A stretch of 64,000 nucleotides of DNA, taken from Eledone cirrhosa. Its lineage: Eukaryota. Below the pieces are notes generated by a model that was not told where the DNA came from, searched no databases, and saw only the letters and a program-made list of their open reading frames with translations. Positions 38,387 to 51,848 of the stretch are shown here, one piece after another (position 1 is the stretch's first letter; each line of letters opens with the position of its first letter). A program made the position numbers and the translations under genes. The stretch is from the NCBI GenBank assembly GCA_964016885.1, contig OZ024740.1:144460001-144524000 (forward strand), given 5' to 3'.

Positions 38387-39780
38387 GTTCTTAAGAACGG
38401 AATTGAATGCAAGGAATAGGATCGATGCCATAAACACGCTTGCCATACCAGTAGTAACCTACAGTTACAATGTCATCAACTGGTCAAGCACAGAAATCCG
38501 TAGGCTCGATACAAAAATTCGAAAATTCTTAACCATGCACAGAATGCATCACCCTAAGGCAGATATAGATAGAATATATCTCCCTAGGAAAGAAGGAGGA
38601 CGTGGGTTAATCCAGTTAGACATTGTGTTGAAAACTGCAACAATTGGATTATCTACATATCTAAGGGAATCACATGATTGGATGATCAAACTCGTTTTGA
38701 AACACGAAAGCATCAAAAGATCATATTCCATTACAAAAGATGCACAAAGATACAGTAATGGACTACAAATTTCAGAAGTCCCATTTACTGCTGAAATGGA
38801 AAACACAGAAAAAGCAAAGCAGGTAAAAGTAACTGCAAAGAAAGAACTGCTACAGAAACTGGCTAAGAAATGGCAAGAAAAGCCTCTGTATGGAAAATAC
38901 CCAGAGCGAGCTAACAATCCTGATGTTGACAAAACTTTAACCCATCAGTGGTTGGCATCCTCTGGACTGAAATCGGAGACTGAAGGACTGATTATATCAG
39001 CACAAGATCAGTGTCTGCCAACAAAAAATTACCAAGCCAACATAATAAAAAATGGATGCAGCCCATTATGCCGTGTATGCAAAAAACAACCAGAGACCAT
39101 TGACCATATAATTTCAATGTGCAGTCCTATAGCTCCAACCGAATACCTAAACAGGCATGACAGAGCTGCACAATACATACATTGGATAATGTGTAAGCAT
39201 TTTGACCTGCCCCATCAAAAGAATTGGTGGGAGCATCAACCACCTCCCATACTTGAAAAAGATCACATCTCAATCTTGTGGAACTTTAGCATCCAAACAG
39301 ACCGAAAAATAGATGCAAATAGACCTGATATAATATTGAAGGACTTTCAAAAGAGGGTATGCCTGCTAATTGATATGTCTGTTCCAATAGACAAGAATGT
39401 ATCTATAAAAACATTTGAAAAATTGAGCAAGTATAAGGACCTGGAGATAGAAATTGGAAAAATGTGGAAATTGAGAACTAAAACAATACCAGTGGTTGTA
39501 GGCGCTCTGGGAATGATACCTAAGGGGTCTAATGATTACTTATCGCAAATCCCAGGAAACCCGCGTATAGGAGAAATACAAAAGATAGTACTAATGGGAA
39601 CTGCCCATATACTAAGGAAGATTCTGTCAATATAAGTACATCACAAGTCTAAACACTAAAGATGCATGTGTGAGTATGTATGTTCTTTCTTGAACATGGC
39701 GGACCTTGTTATCTCTTGAGGTTACTGGTTGTGACTTGGTGATAACTCGTATGAACATAAAGCAAGATAAATGCAACTGT
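38387..39780 (+). mobile_element. R4/Dong-like RLE LINE, young 5'-truncated copy in (TAA)n
   Basis: (TAA)n at 38337-38386 and from 39780; 145-bp 3' UTR shared with three other copies. Confidence 0.93.
38403..39635 (+). CDS. C-terminal part of a non-LTR retrotransposon ORF: RT thumb, CCHC knuckle and PD-(D/E)xK restriction-like endonuclease
   Basis: RIYLPRKEGGRGL, AQDQ, CRVCKKQPETIDHIISMC, RHD, RPDII, IDMSVP, EKLSKY, PVVVGALG. Confidence 0.88.
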   Translation: MNARNRIDAINTLAIPVVTYSYNVINWSSTEIRRLDTKIRKFLTMHRMHHPKADIDRIYLPRKEGGRGLIQLDIVLKTATIGLSTYLRESHDWMIKLVLKHESIKRSYSITKDAQRYSNGLQISEVPFTAEMENTEKAKQVKVTAKKELLQKLAKKWQEKPLYGKYPERANNPDVDKTLTHQWLASSGLKSETEGLIISAQDQCLPTKNYQANIIKNGCSPLCRVCKKQPETIDHIISMCSPIAPTEYLNRHDRAAQYIHWIMCKHFDLPHQKNWWEHQPPPILEKDHISILWNFSIQTDRKIDANRPDIILKDFQKRVCLLIDMSVPIDKNVSIKTFEKLSKYKDLEIEIGKMWKLRTKTIPVVVGALGMIPKGSNDYLSQIPGNPRIGEIQKIVLMGTAHILRKILSI

Positions 39781-39790
39781 AATAATAATA

Positions 39791-39973
39791 ATTGTTTCTA
39801 CTTTAGGCACAAGGCCAGCAATTATCCAGTGCATTACTGGTACTTTATTTTATCGACCCCGTAAGGATGAAAGGCAAAGTCAACCTCGGCGGGATTTGAA
39901 CTCAGATCGTAAAGGGACGTAACTATGCTGGAAAGCATGGCGTCCGACCCTCTACCGATACTGCCAATCCACT
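39791..39973 (-). mobile_element. Young ATT-tailed tRNA-derived SINE
   Basis: Reverse complement of 18909-19101. Confidence 0.92.
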
Positions 39974-39974
39974 G

Positions 39975-40784
39975 TAATAATAATAATAATAATAATAATG
40001 AAATTATTGTGTACAGTGCTCAGGTGCACTACAACTCGTAAAAGGTGCATGTACAGTACATAGAATAATATACAAATGTCAGGGAAGTGAATAGTGTATG
40101 AGTCATGATATACATGTGCGTGTGTATGGAGGGGGGAATATTAGGTGTAGTGTTGGCGAATCTCGGGAAGCATGGAGGTTTTAAAGGATGCAGTATCTCG
40201 ACAGCTAACAACCGATGCAAGTAGTTTGTTCCATGCTTCAGCAACTCTGAGCGTGAAAAAATGTTTCCGAAAGTCATGGGAGCTGTACTGTTTCTGACTT
40301 TGTGGGCATGTCCACGTGTGTTAGACACATGGAAATGAAAAATTTACACAGGGTTGTTGTTGGCAAGATGGTTAATAATTTTGTGAGTGTTTTCCAAGTC
40401 AGTTGCCAGACGTCGGAGCTTCAATGTATCCATGCCCAGGGAAGCAAAGCGTTCAGAGTATGGTAGGTGTCTGATGGAGGGTATTCGCTTGGTTGCACAT
40501 CTCTGAACAGTTTCCAGGCGGTCAATGTTCTAGGCAAGATAGGGGTTCCAGACTGGTGATGCAAATTCTAAGTGTAGCCGCACCATAGCTATTTACAGCT
40601 TTAAATAGATACCTGGAGAGCGGCTGACAAAGGTCTTGCTGAGTGATGCTAAGACACCCTCAGCCTTCTTGACAATTTTAGAGACGTGCTTCGTCCAACG
40701 CAAATTGCTGCTGACCGTAATGCCCAGGTCACGTTCACAAGAGGACTTCTTGATATCAGTGTTGTGGAGGGAGTATGTGGACGT
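39975..40784 (-). mobile_element. CR1-clade LINE 3' fragment with (ATT)n tail
   Basis: Reverse complement of ~50358-51150 (NTRGHAHK..., VQRCATK). Confidence 0.9.
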
Positions 40785-41166
40785 TAGAAATGTAAGATTT
40801 TTGAATTGATTGGTATACTAATGCATATGATATGAACACAATAACAGAAAGGTATGCACAATTTCACCATAAACTAAATAATTTTGCATTATTAAATCTA
40901 GGTTTATTATTACATAACTAGGGATTAATTCTTACTAATTGCTAGTAATTACAAGTGATGGAAATGGTTTTCAGGAACTAAGGGTTCACTCAATCTGAGA
41001 TGCAGCTGAGGTTAGGAAGAAGGTGGGGGTTGAGGCTATAAGCCCTTGCTCCCACTGAAAAGAAGGGAAATGCCATCCTGCATACATACTATTTCCATCA
41101 TTGATTAATAAGAGCCAGTAAATTTCTTTTTAAAGGCCTTGGTTCTACAAAATAATTCTGAGGATA

Positions 41167-44100
41167 TCATCATCATCATCATCATCATCATCATCGTTTA
41201 ACGTCCATATTCCACGCTAGCATGGGTTTGGACGGGAATTTTCCCACTTGAGGCAAGATTGGTTGTCTTGCTCGCATAGGACTGTCTGGCGGGTTTTCTA
41301 CGGCTGGATGCCCTTCCTAACACCGACCACGTTTACAGTGTGGACTGGGAGGTTTTTACTGTGTTACCTACACGGCCACATTACAGCGTGGACTGTGTGT
41401 TTTTTTGTCGTGACACCTACACGACCTCATTTGTTTCGGACTGGATGCTGTGGTACCAACATAACTTTACATTGGAAGGGGTGGTGTGGATGGGATGGGG
41501 GTAGTGGGGCCGGGGTGTATTTTTGTTAGAGGTGCCTACTGACTGTAGGTTTTGCTTTGTACTTAGGCAAGGCAGGTCTTCTGTATTACTGTGTATCGCC
41601 AAAGATCTCGGTCCAGTGACATTGTCTTGGAGAGGTGTAAGTGTGTGAGGTCAGAATTTAGCAAGTCGTCCCAGGTTTTTCTGGGTCTGCCTACTCCGTG
41701 GCTACCGTCTATTTTTATCGCCCTGCACTTTTTTATACAGCTGTCGTCTTTCATGCGCATCACGTGACCGTACCAATGTAGTCTTCTCTCGAGTAAACAG
41801 CATCTGATCCCTCTTATTCCTAATTTCTCCCTTAGTTCGTTTATGCTTTGCCGTTCACGTATATTACTATTACACATCCAGCGGAGCATGCAAGCTTCGT
41901 TCCTCTCCAGTCTGCGTATATCCTCTGCACACAATGCCCAGGTCTCACTGCCATGCAACATTGCTGTTCGTATGCAGGTATCATACAGCCTGCCTTTCAT
42001 TTTTAGTGAGAACCCTTTCACGGCCAATAGTCGTATAAGCTCTCTGAACTTTTTCCATCCCGTTCTGACTCTAGCTACTGTACTTTCAGAGCACCCTCCA
42101 CCACTTGCTGATTTTGTCACCCAGGTAGTGGAAGGTGTCCACTATTTCTATAGAACCATCTGTGCAATGGAATGAGCTAGTATTCTGTGGGCACTTGCTG
42201 CTAATTATTGCACCAGAGCACCGGCCACATATAAAATCTATATTCTTAGTTAGCTTACCTGTGATCCCACTACATCTTTTATGCACCTATACTTTGCATT
42301 TCAGACATAAAATGGAGTTTCTGCCTACTCCTTTCCTACACACTGAGCATGGCCATTTCCCAGATGGGACTGGTGCCCTATTTTCCTTCCTACAAACTAG
42401 AACTTTAGTCTTAGACAGGTTAATTTTAAGGCCTTTTGATTCTAGGCCATGCTTCTATATTTGGAATTTCTTCTCTAGTTCGGCCATTGATTCAGCTATG
42501 AGCGTTAGATCATCTGCGTATAGGAGTTCCCATAGGCAGTCGGTCTTGAACTCCTCTGTTATACATGGCTTGTATAGCTCTCACAAGCCATTCATCAACA
42601 CCTAGTTTTCTAAGAGCCCACCAGATAATGGAGCGGGGACTCTGTCAAAGGCTTTCTCCAAGTCAACAAAAGCTAAGTATAGGGGTTTACTTTTAGCTAG
42701 GCACTTCTCCTGTAGTTGTCATACAATGAAAAGGGCGTCTGTAGTACTTTTACCTGACACAAACCCGAACTGCATTTCATCTAGATCAATTCGCTCTCTG
42801 ATTAGTTGCGCTATAACATTTTCTGTGACCTTCATGACCTGGTCTATTAATTTAATGCCTCTATAGTTTCCCCTATCTAGGGCATCTCCTTTAACCTTGT
42901 AGCAGTTAATGATGATGTTGCTACGCCAGTCCTTCGGAACGATCCCATTCTGTATGACTTGGTTTACTATTCGGGTGACCATAGTGTGTCCCACCGTTCC
43001 AGATGCTTTCAGCATTTCAGCAACTATTTCCGAAGGCCCAGCCGCCTTACCTGTCTTCATATCTTTGATTGCCTTACTTATTATACTACCTTCAACTAGC
43101 ACTGCTGGTCCCTCTATTGGATCGATGTGGCGGAGACTGTCTTTCTCCCATTTATTCTCCTCATTTAGTAGCCTCTCGTAGTGACACTTCCAAGCTACCT
43201 TCTTATCAGCGTCAGTGATGGCAAGTGCACCATCATCATTAAGGACACACTTCTCCCCGACAATATCACTGTTTCTCTTGACACATTGCCTAGCAATCCT
43301 CACGTTTTTGGTCCTCGCGTTGTAGAACATGCTTGAACTTTCTTTCCTCTGCTTCCCTTCTTGCGAAGTACACTTGTCTCCTAGATTCCCTCCTGGCCAC
43401 TTGATAGTTTTCTCTACTTCCCCCATCCCGCCATACTTTTCAAGCCTGCTTTTTGGCCTTAATTGACTCCTCCACCTTACTGTTTCACCACCACGTTACT
43501 CTCCTCCTGCCTATAGGCCTGCTCCAGCTACAGACATCATCTGCCGCCTTCAGCAGGTTAGCTTTCAGGAATTCCCACTGTTCCTCTATATTGTACGACT
43601 CTAATTGCTCTTCCTTACTGTCAAAAGCATCAAGTAATATGCTTTTAAATTTATTACTGGCTGTGGGGTCCTTTAACTTCCATATTTTTCTCCTGAGGAC
43701 AGTCCTCCTCTGTTGTCAAGTACGTCTTGTCCTGACTACAAGGTCGCTGACTATGAGTCTATGTTGGGAGGTGCATTCTTCATGGGGGAGGGATTTAGTG
43801 TTTACGACAGACACTCTATCACGTCTTCTGGTAAGGATATAATCTATCTGACTGGCGTGTTCCCCTGATCTATAGATGATTAAGTGATTGTCTCGTTTTT
43901 TGAAGTTAGTGTTACAGACAGTTAGGTTATTTGCGTCACAGAATTCCAGGATTCTGGCGCCTTCCTCATTTCTAGTACCAAACCCATAGCCTCCATGGAT
44001 TCCGTCATAGCCATCACAATGTTGTCCAACGTGACCATTTAGGTCGCCAGCAATAATTATGTAGTCACTGTCAGTTATTTGGGAGGTCGTGAGCATCAAT

Positions 44101-44661
44101 GTCTCATAGAATCTGTCTTTTATAATGCCAGGCAGTCCGGATTGGGGTACGTACACAGATATTACTGTCACAGTAGTTCTATTTAGGACAAGTCTTATTT
44201 TAATTATTCTGTCATTCACTCTATTTACGTCTATTATCTTATCTACCCATTTTTCTGCTAACATGATTCCTACCCCACCCAGCCCATTGTCATTTCCCAC
44301 CCAGAAAAGCTTATAGCATCGTTTTTTACCCACAATGAATCTAGCAGACACACCCCTCCACCTGGTCTCTTGGATACAGCAAACATCAACCTCCTTACGT
44401 TCAAGCATTTCTACAACCTCGTTAGAGTGACCTTTTAAGGTGCCTACATTCATGGTACCAACTCTGAAGTTTTGGATTGCGTTTGGTGGGTGGGAACGGT
44501 GGGGCGTGGGGAGGGGGGAGGGGGCTGGGGTTGGGGTTATGTTGGCCATCCGTGGCGGAAAGAAAGAGGAGGATTCCTTGCCTTTTCGTTCGGCAGCATG
44601 AGGTGAATTTTTCTTTATCTTTGGCATTGTCACTCAGTGTCCAGATTTTTTCAGACTCTAT
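41167..44661 (-). mobile_element. Near-full-length RTE LINE, inactivated
   Basis: 305-aa APE ORF (43716-44633) followed by broken RT/PHD frames; 122-nt deletion near 42560; (CAT)n tail. Confidence 0.95.
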
Positions 44662-46429
44662 GTAATAAAAGTAATATCTTATGAATCAGAAAAATGCAGT
44701 TTACTGACAGCAAAATGCTATACTATTTAATTAAATCATTTTTTTAATTGAGTACTCCCATCCACCAAAGAAAAATATTGAAGATAGATGCTATTTTCAA
44801 ATATATTTCTATATTAATTAGTTTAGTTTAAAGGCTTTTAATTTAGTTTTTAATTTCATCTTATATTTGTTCTACGATAATCATTCTTTTGTAATGAGCC
44901 TATAGTTCTTGATCTATGATGAAATAATTTGTTTATCCATTTTAAAAAAATATTCACAAAGTGAAAAACCCCTTACCCACTCTCATCCCACAAAAGAAAC
45001 AAAAGGAAAAGAGAAAACAAGAAGTAAAATATAATCTTACAAACCTTGTTCAATTCTGAAAAATATAACAAGACAAAAAACTGAAAATTATAACAAGACA
45101 AAAAAGAAAACCATATAATACAAATAATTAAATACAATTACATTTTTTTAATGGGTGTTATCTGACATGTTAAATTAACATTAAATACAAACTTAATTAA
45201 AAAGAAAAAAATCAACTCTTTAGTCATAAGAACATTACAGAATTATATTAGTTATTTTTATCACTCAACAACAAATTCCATAACAAGCATACGCTATAAA
45301 ACCATTGTTAATTATTATTATTATTATTAAATCCCCTGTGAAAATAATTTTATAGATATTTTCTTTTATCTTATTAATGAATTATTCCATTTTCTGTTAA
45401 ACAGTTTGTAATATCATTCAAATTTTGACTAGTTGGTGGTTTCATAAAACCCACTCCGAAGATTTATTGTAAGATAAAAGCTAAATTATTAAATGACAAA
45501 GTTATATTAATGAGAATTCTTTTCAATGAGAAATAAAGAAAATATTCCCTTTTATCTTCATTAACTGATGTTTTATTGTAATATTTTGTAAAGCTTGATC
45601 ACTGGTGATTCATGTTTGAATGGTTGGTGTGAGGACACTTGATCAAAGGCTGACAGATGGCTGAGAATGAGTGGTAGTTAGGAATGAAAATAATCAATAA
45701 AAGATTGCTATTTAGCTGTAATCATAAATGACTGGAAAATAAAGTAAAATGTAATATTTTATGAGCCATTGAAGTAATTGGTGCACCACTAAACACTTCA
45801 TTTGCCTACCATATTAAATGAAGCTAACACAGAAGCCTTTAAATGATTGCTCAACCTGCTAAAGATAGCAGCCAAGCCTCCCTCAAATTACCCATTACCA
45901 ACTTAAAAAAGAGGAACGCATTGGATAGTATAGTCTTAGATACCCTATGCCTGAAAATAAGATACAATTATCATGACTAAAATACTTTTGATTATATATC
46001 TGCTCAATCTGAACCAGTCTTGAGCTACACAACAAAATGAAAAAAAACACAAATGTAGTTGTCTATTACCTTATTCTAATCAGTTATAAAATTGAAAGTT
46101 AGTACTGCAAGTTAATGAAACACTTGTTAATAATAGTGTTTCTTTGCGGTTTATAGCTGAGAATTGTTTGTCCCAGTAATATCTATTAGAAGGTAGACAA
46201 AGCTATGGTCAGAACAAAACTTAGACACTGGTGATAGGATATAAATTCTCAACTCTGATTGGTTGGCTAGCACTTTATTGATTTTTTTTTTGCTAAGAAA
46301 TAAGGGGCTAGTAACTAATTTATGATCAAGGTCACGAATTAGCAGGGTTGTTGCAGCATTGATCAGAATACCTTGCAGTATTTATTTTGGCTCTTTGCAT
46401 TCTACATTAATATCTTTATGTGATAAAAC

Positions 46430-46785
46430 ACAACCAATACACTCTGTAATGTGGTTGGTGATTGGAAGGACATCTGGCAGTAGAAAAGATTCAGAAGACA
46501 CTTCAGTTTGTCAAGGGTACAACAACCCCTCTAGTGTTGGTGCTATGATAAAACACAGCCAGTACACTCTGTACTGTGGTTGGTGATGAAAGGGCATCCA
46601 GCCATAGAAATCTTACCAAAGAAAGGGTTGAACTGTGTCAACCTCCCCTGTGCTGGTGCTATGCTAAAATGCACCTAGTGTATTCTGTAGCGTATGAGGT
46701 CAGTAGCTCCAGTTAAGAACTGACTTGTCTGTGATAACCTGACCCACCCTTACTAGCAAGAAGAACAGATGTTAAATGATGATTA
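46430..46785 (+). mobile_element. Non-coding modular repeat with RTE-type tail
   Basis: Repeated ACACTCTGTA..GTGGTTGGTGAT..GGCATC modules, ending CAGATGTTAAATGATGAT; paralog of 6850-7411. Confidence 0.6.
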
Positions 46786-47135
46786 TTGATATATAATTGG
46801 CAATCAGTAAATACTTGGTCAATGGCTAATTTGAAGTGTGTATCATTAGATGATTAATCAATAAATAATTGGTGGTTTATAATCAATAAATAATTGTTGG
46901 CTTATTGATTAATTTAGATTATTGATTGATAGTTGTGGGTTGGTTAACTAATCAATAAATGATTGATGGGATATTGATTGTAAGTGAATGACTATGTAAT
47001 AAAATATCAATAACTAACTGGTGATTGATCAATATTAATAATTGATCAAAAACTAATTAAACACTTTTGGAATTGTACTTGTTTAGTAAGTGACCTGATC
47101 TGAAACTTTCTGTTGAAACTGAAGCAATTATAGAC

Positions 47136-47359
47136 TTAACTCTTAATGTTCTGTACTTCATGAAACTACATTAGCAAGACATTCATGAAAAGTACAAAAC
47201 AGCATTATCATTGCATCACATAAAAAATTAAAGTCTTTACTTTAATTTTGCAAATTTCCACAATGATTTGTCTACTAGTAAAGTTACTATAAACATTTGA
47301 ATTAACAAACAGATTTTTAGATATTTTATGCTAAATCATTGAGGGATGTTAAGAGTTAA
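47136..47359. mobile_element. Possible second TTAA-type MITE
   Basis: TTAACTCTTAA ... TTAAGAGTTAA termini about 220 bp apart. Confidence 0.4.
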
Positions 47360-48192
47360 TCTTTCGTAGTAGACTTAATCTATCATAGGTTTAATACCAC
47401 CATCTGGCCTTTGGGTGCTTTTATCAGAGTTTACTTTGTCGCAGACTCTTGGACCAAGTTTCCAGTTTGAGGATACCGTCCTCTCTCCCTCCTACCAATC
47501 TCAAAGATCCTGAAAAGGTCATAGGCTTTGCCCTTCTTTCCTGGATAAACAGAAAAAAGAAAAGCTATCTAAAATTGCACAAAAACTGTTAAATTTAGTT
47601 CTTATTATTCTGAGTTCAAATCTCAGAATTATCAACTCTGCCTTTCATCCTCCCAGGGTTAATAAAATAAAGTACCAGACAAGTACTGGGGTTGATATGA
47701 TTCGCCTTCCAGGGATTGTGCTTAGATTAGAAATCATTTATTTTATAAGATGTCCAAATTTTCATCATACTACTGGCACAATTCCACCACGGCTGTTTTA
47801 ATTTAGTTAATAGTAAGTATTTATAGACATCAATTTCTTCTTTTTTTTGGCTGTTGTTGAACATATGATCTTCATGCTTAAATGTTAAAAGAAGATGGCA
47901 ATCAGCGGCCAGGGAACCTTTGGAATAATGGTTAAATACTCTCACCTGGCATATGAGAGATACATAGTTCAATTCCCACATCTCTGTTCACTTTATTGTC
48001 TCCAGAGATATGTTACCAAATTTATTCAACTATTATTTATAGTTATCAACTATTATTATAGTTATTTGCATTGTGGCGACTATATTTTCAAATTTCTCAA
48101 GTCTGTTTTATAGTTATTGTTTGACACTTGACACACTAATTCACTTTTAGGTTTCAATCTTTTGTCCACTTTATAAAAATACAAGTGTGTTT

Positions 48193-49086
48193 ACTACCAG
48201 TGTCATTCCTCTGTTCAAAAAGGGTGATCTCATGTTGCCTGACAACTATTGTTCAGTCAATCTTACTAGCTGCGTCGCCAAACTGATGGAATCCTGTGTC
48301 AGAGAAACTCTGGAACTCTCACAGCCTTATCTGGCCCTCGCAATTTGGATTTATCCATAACTCCAGCTGCTGTGATCAACTCATCGAGTTTCTTGAAGAC
48401 ATCACCCGAATCACTGATTGCGGCTCATGGGTGGATGTTATTTACCTTGACTTTGCTAAAGCTTTTAATTCTGGACCTCACAAAAGACTTATGGCAAAAC
48501 TCTCTGCAATGGGTGTGAGAGATGATCTCTATAACTGGTTGAAGACCTTCATTCTCAGTCGAAAAGGGGTAGTCATGGTTCTTGGACAGCGTTCTTCACC
48601 CTATGAGATGACATCTGGTGTACCACAGGGATCTGTTCTTGGTCACCTTTTGTTTGTTGCATATATTAATGACATAGATGCCAATTTAAAGAATGCCACA
48701 GTGCTGAAATACACAGATGATATCAAGCTGTACCTTGAGATGAAATGGACAGATCCTGTTCACTATAGATCTTTCCTGCAATCAGACCTGGGCACAATGC
48801 AGCAATGGATTACGGACTGAAAGCTCAATCTGGCTGTGGACAAGTGTTCCACTATCCATTTTGGGAGGAAAAACACAGCGTTCATATACTCCCTCCACGA
48901 CACTAATCTTAAGGAGTCTTTTTGTGAAAGTGACCTGGGCATTATTGTTAACAGTGATTTGCATTGGACAAAGCACATCTCTAAAATTGTCAAGAAGGCT
49001 AACAGTGTCTTAGGATGACTCAGTAAGGCCTTTGTCAGCTGCTCTCCAGCTATCTATTTAAAGCTGTATATAGATATGGTGCATCC
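48193..49086 (+). mobile_element. Older CR1 LINE, left half
   Basis: RT remnants YLDFAKAF, GVPQGSVLG, YTDD; continues at 51289. Confidence 0.9.
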
Positions 49087-51167
49087 CCAAAAGTGCAATC
49101 TGGGAAACTTCAGCGGTCCGACTTGCCAGGAAAGAACGTCGGAACGCTGAACGGGAATATAAACTGCATAGATCAGATGCCAACAGAAAAAAGCGGAATA
49201 AATCTTCTAACCATCTCAAGCAAGTGACAAAGAAGGCAGTGCTTGAATTTGAACAGTGCATCGCAACCAATCCTGACAGTAAGGTGTTCTGGAAATATGT
49301 TCATTCAAAGCAGAGACCTCACACTCCAGTTGGTCCTCTTCGCAATCCCCACACAAGCCAGATCACTGACGATCCCAAGGAATGCGCAGAACTCATTGCT
49401 GAGTGCTATGCAAGTATTTTTACTGTTGAAAACCAGAATGTACCATCTCCACCATCTCTAACATCAAATTCCATAACAACTATGGAATTTACACCTGCAA
49501 TGTTGCGACGTCACCTTAAGAATAAGCGCAACTATGCCTCCCCTGGTCTTGATGGTGTTACATACCTGCTTCTCAAACGTGGCGGGTATTTCCTTTTGCA
49601 CCAGCTTTCTTTCTTCTTTCAATACTGTCTCAACAATGGTGCTACTCCGGAGCAGTGGAAAACTGCCAGTGTCATTCCCCTGTTCAAAAAGGGCAACCGC
49701 ATGTCACCTGTCAACTATCGTCCAGTCAGTCTTACTAGCTGTATGGCCAAACTGATGGAATCCTGTGTCAGAGAAACACTTTGGAACTTCTGGAGCTCTC
49801 ACAGCCTCATCCGGCCCTCACAGTTTGGATTTGTCCCTAACTCCAGCTGCTGTGATCAGCTTATCGAGTTCCTTGAGGACATCACCAGGATCACTGACAG
49901 CGGCTCATGGGTGGATGTTGTTTACCTTGACTTTGCTAAGGCTTTTAATTCTGTGCCACACAAAAGACTTATGGCAAAACTCTCTGCAATGGGTGTGAGG
50001 GATGATCTTTTCGACTGGTTGAAATCCTTCATTCTCAGCCGAAAAGAAGTAGTCACGGTTCTAGGACAGCATTCTTCACCATATGAGATGTCATCTGGTG
50101 TACCACAGGGATCTGTTCTTGGTCCTCTTTTGTTTGTGGCATATATTAACGACATAGATGCCAACTTACTGAATGCCACGGTACTAAAATATGCAGATGA
50201 CATCAAGCTGTACCTTGAAATCAAAAGGACTGATCCTGAAATTTACAACTCTTTCCTACAATCAGACCTGGACACAATGCAGCAATGGATCACAGACTGG
50301 CAACTGAAGCTGGCTGTGGCAAGTGTACCACCATGCATTTTGGAAGGAAAAATCCAGCGTCCACATACTCCCTCCACAACACTGATATCAAAAAGTCCTC
50401 TTGTGAACGGGACCTGGGCATTACTGTCAGCAACGATTTGCGTTGGACAAAGCATGTCTCTAAGATTGTCAAGAAGGCCGAGGGTGTCTTGGCATCACTC
50501 AGCAAGACCTTTGTTAGCCGCTCTCCAGCCATCTATTTAAAACTGTATACAGCTATGGTACGACCACACTTGGAATTCACATCATCAGTCTGGAACCCCT
50601 ATCTTGCTCAGAACATTGTCCTCCTGGAAACTGTTCAGAGACGTGCAACCAAGCGCATAGCCTCCATCAGACACCTACCATACTCTGAACGCCTTGCTTC
50701 CCTGGGCATGGATTCATTGAAGCTCCGACGTTTGGCAATGGACTTGGTGAATACCCACAAAGTTTTTAACCATCTCGCCAATTGCAACCCTGAGCACCTC
50801 TTTGATCTCCATGTGTCTAACACACGTGGACATGCCTACAAGATCAGAAAACAGCACAGCTCCCATGACTTTCGTAGACATTTTTTCACGCTCAGAGTTG
50901 CTGAAGCATGGAACAAACTGCCTGCGTCAATTGTTAGCTGCCGAGACACTGCATCCTTTAAGACACTCATGCTTCCCGAAATATGCCAAAACTACACCTG
51001 ATGTACCCCTTCCATGCACATGCACACATGTGTGTATCATGACTCGTGCACTGTTCATTTTACTGATGTTTGTGCATTGCCCTATGTACTGTACATGCAC
51101 TTTTTTGATGAGTTGTGGTGCACCTGGGCACTGTACACAATATTTCATTATTGTTATTGTTATTATA
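49087..51167 (+). mobile_element. Younger CR1 LINE, 5'-truncated, single frameshift near 50320
   Basis: ORFs 49224-50540 and 50285-51001: PGLDG, NYRPVSLTS, YLDFAKAF, YADD, ERDLGI, VRPHLEF, TRGH, FFTLRV..WNKLP; ATT tail. Confidence 0.93.
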
Positions 51168-51290
51168 TCATGACTCGTACACTGTTCATTTTCCTGACAT
51201 GTGTACATTATTCTATGTACTATACATGCACCTTTGATGAGTTGTAGTGCACCTGAGTACTGTACACAATAATTTCATTATTATTATTAT
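51168..51290 (+). mobile_element. Additional CR1 3'-UTR-only insertion
   Basis: Diverged second copy of the 3' UTR with its own (ATT)n tail. Confidence 0.85.
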
Positions 51291-51702
51291 CCTCACTTAG
51301 AATTTGCATCACTAGTCTGGAATCTCTATCTTGCTTAGAATATTGATCTCCTGGAAACTGTTCAGAGATGTGCAACCAAATGAATACCATCCATTTGGCA
51401 CCTACCATACTGTGAATGTCTTGCGTCCTTGGGCATGGATACATTAAAGCTCCAGCATCTGGTAATTGACTTGGTAGACACCCACAAGATTATTAACCAT
51501 CTTTCCAGCCCTGAACACCTTTTGGAATTCCATATGACTAACACCCATGGACATACTTACAAAATCAGGAAACAGTACAGCTCCCATGACTTTCGGAAAC
51601 ATTTTTCCCAGCTCAGAGTTGCTGAAACATGGAACAAACTACCTGTATCAGTTGTTTGCTGTCGGAACACTGCATCCTTCAAAACTTCCATGCTTCCTGA
51701 AG
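51289..51702 (+). mobile_element. Older CR1 LINE, right half
   Basis: Resumes at the PHLEF-encoding position where 48193-49086 stops. Confidence 0.88.
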
Positions 51703-51848
51703 TAAACTTCTTAACCACACAGCCATGCTTCCCTCTTGTCTAACATAACTAGTGAACACTTAAAGCATATGTATTACCTTTGTTTCTACCATTACTATTC
51801 AGTACCTAAATAGTAATGAAATATTTTCATGTCTGATCCAGAATTAAG

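Noticed and set aside
46790-47060. Repeated AATCAATAAATAATTG/ATTGATT motifs
   Set aside because: Degenerate low-complexity repeat with no definable unit or boundaries.
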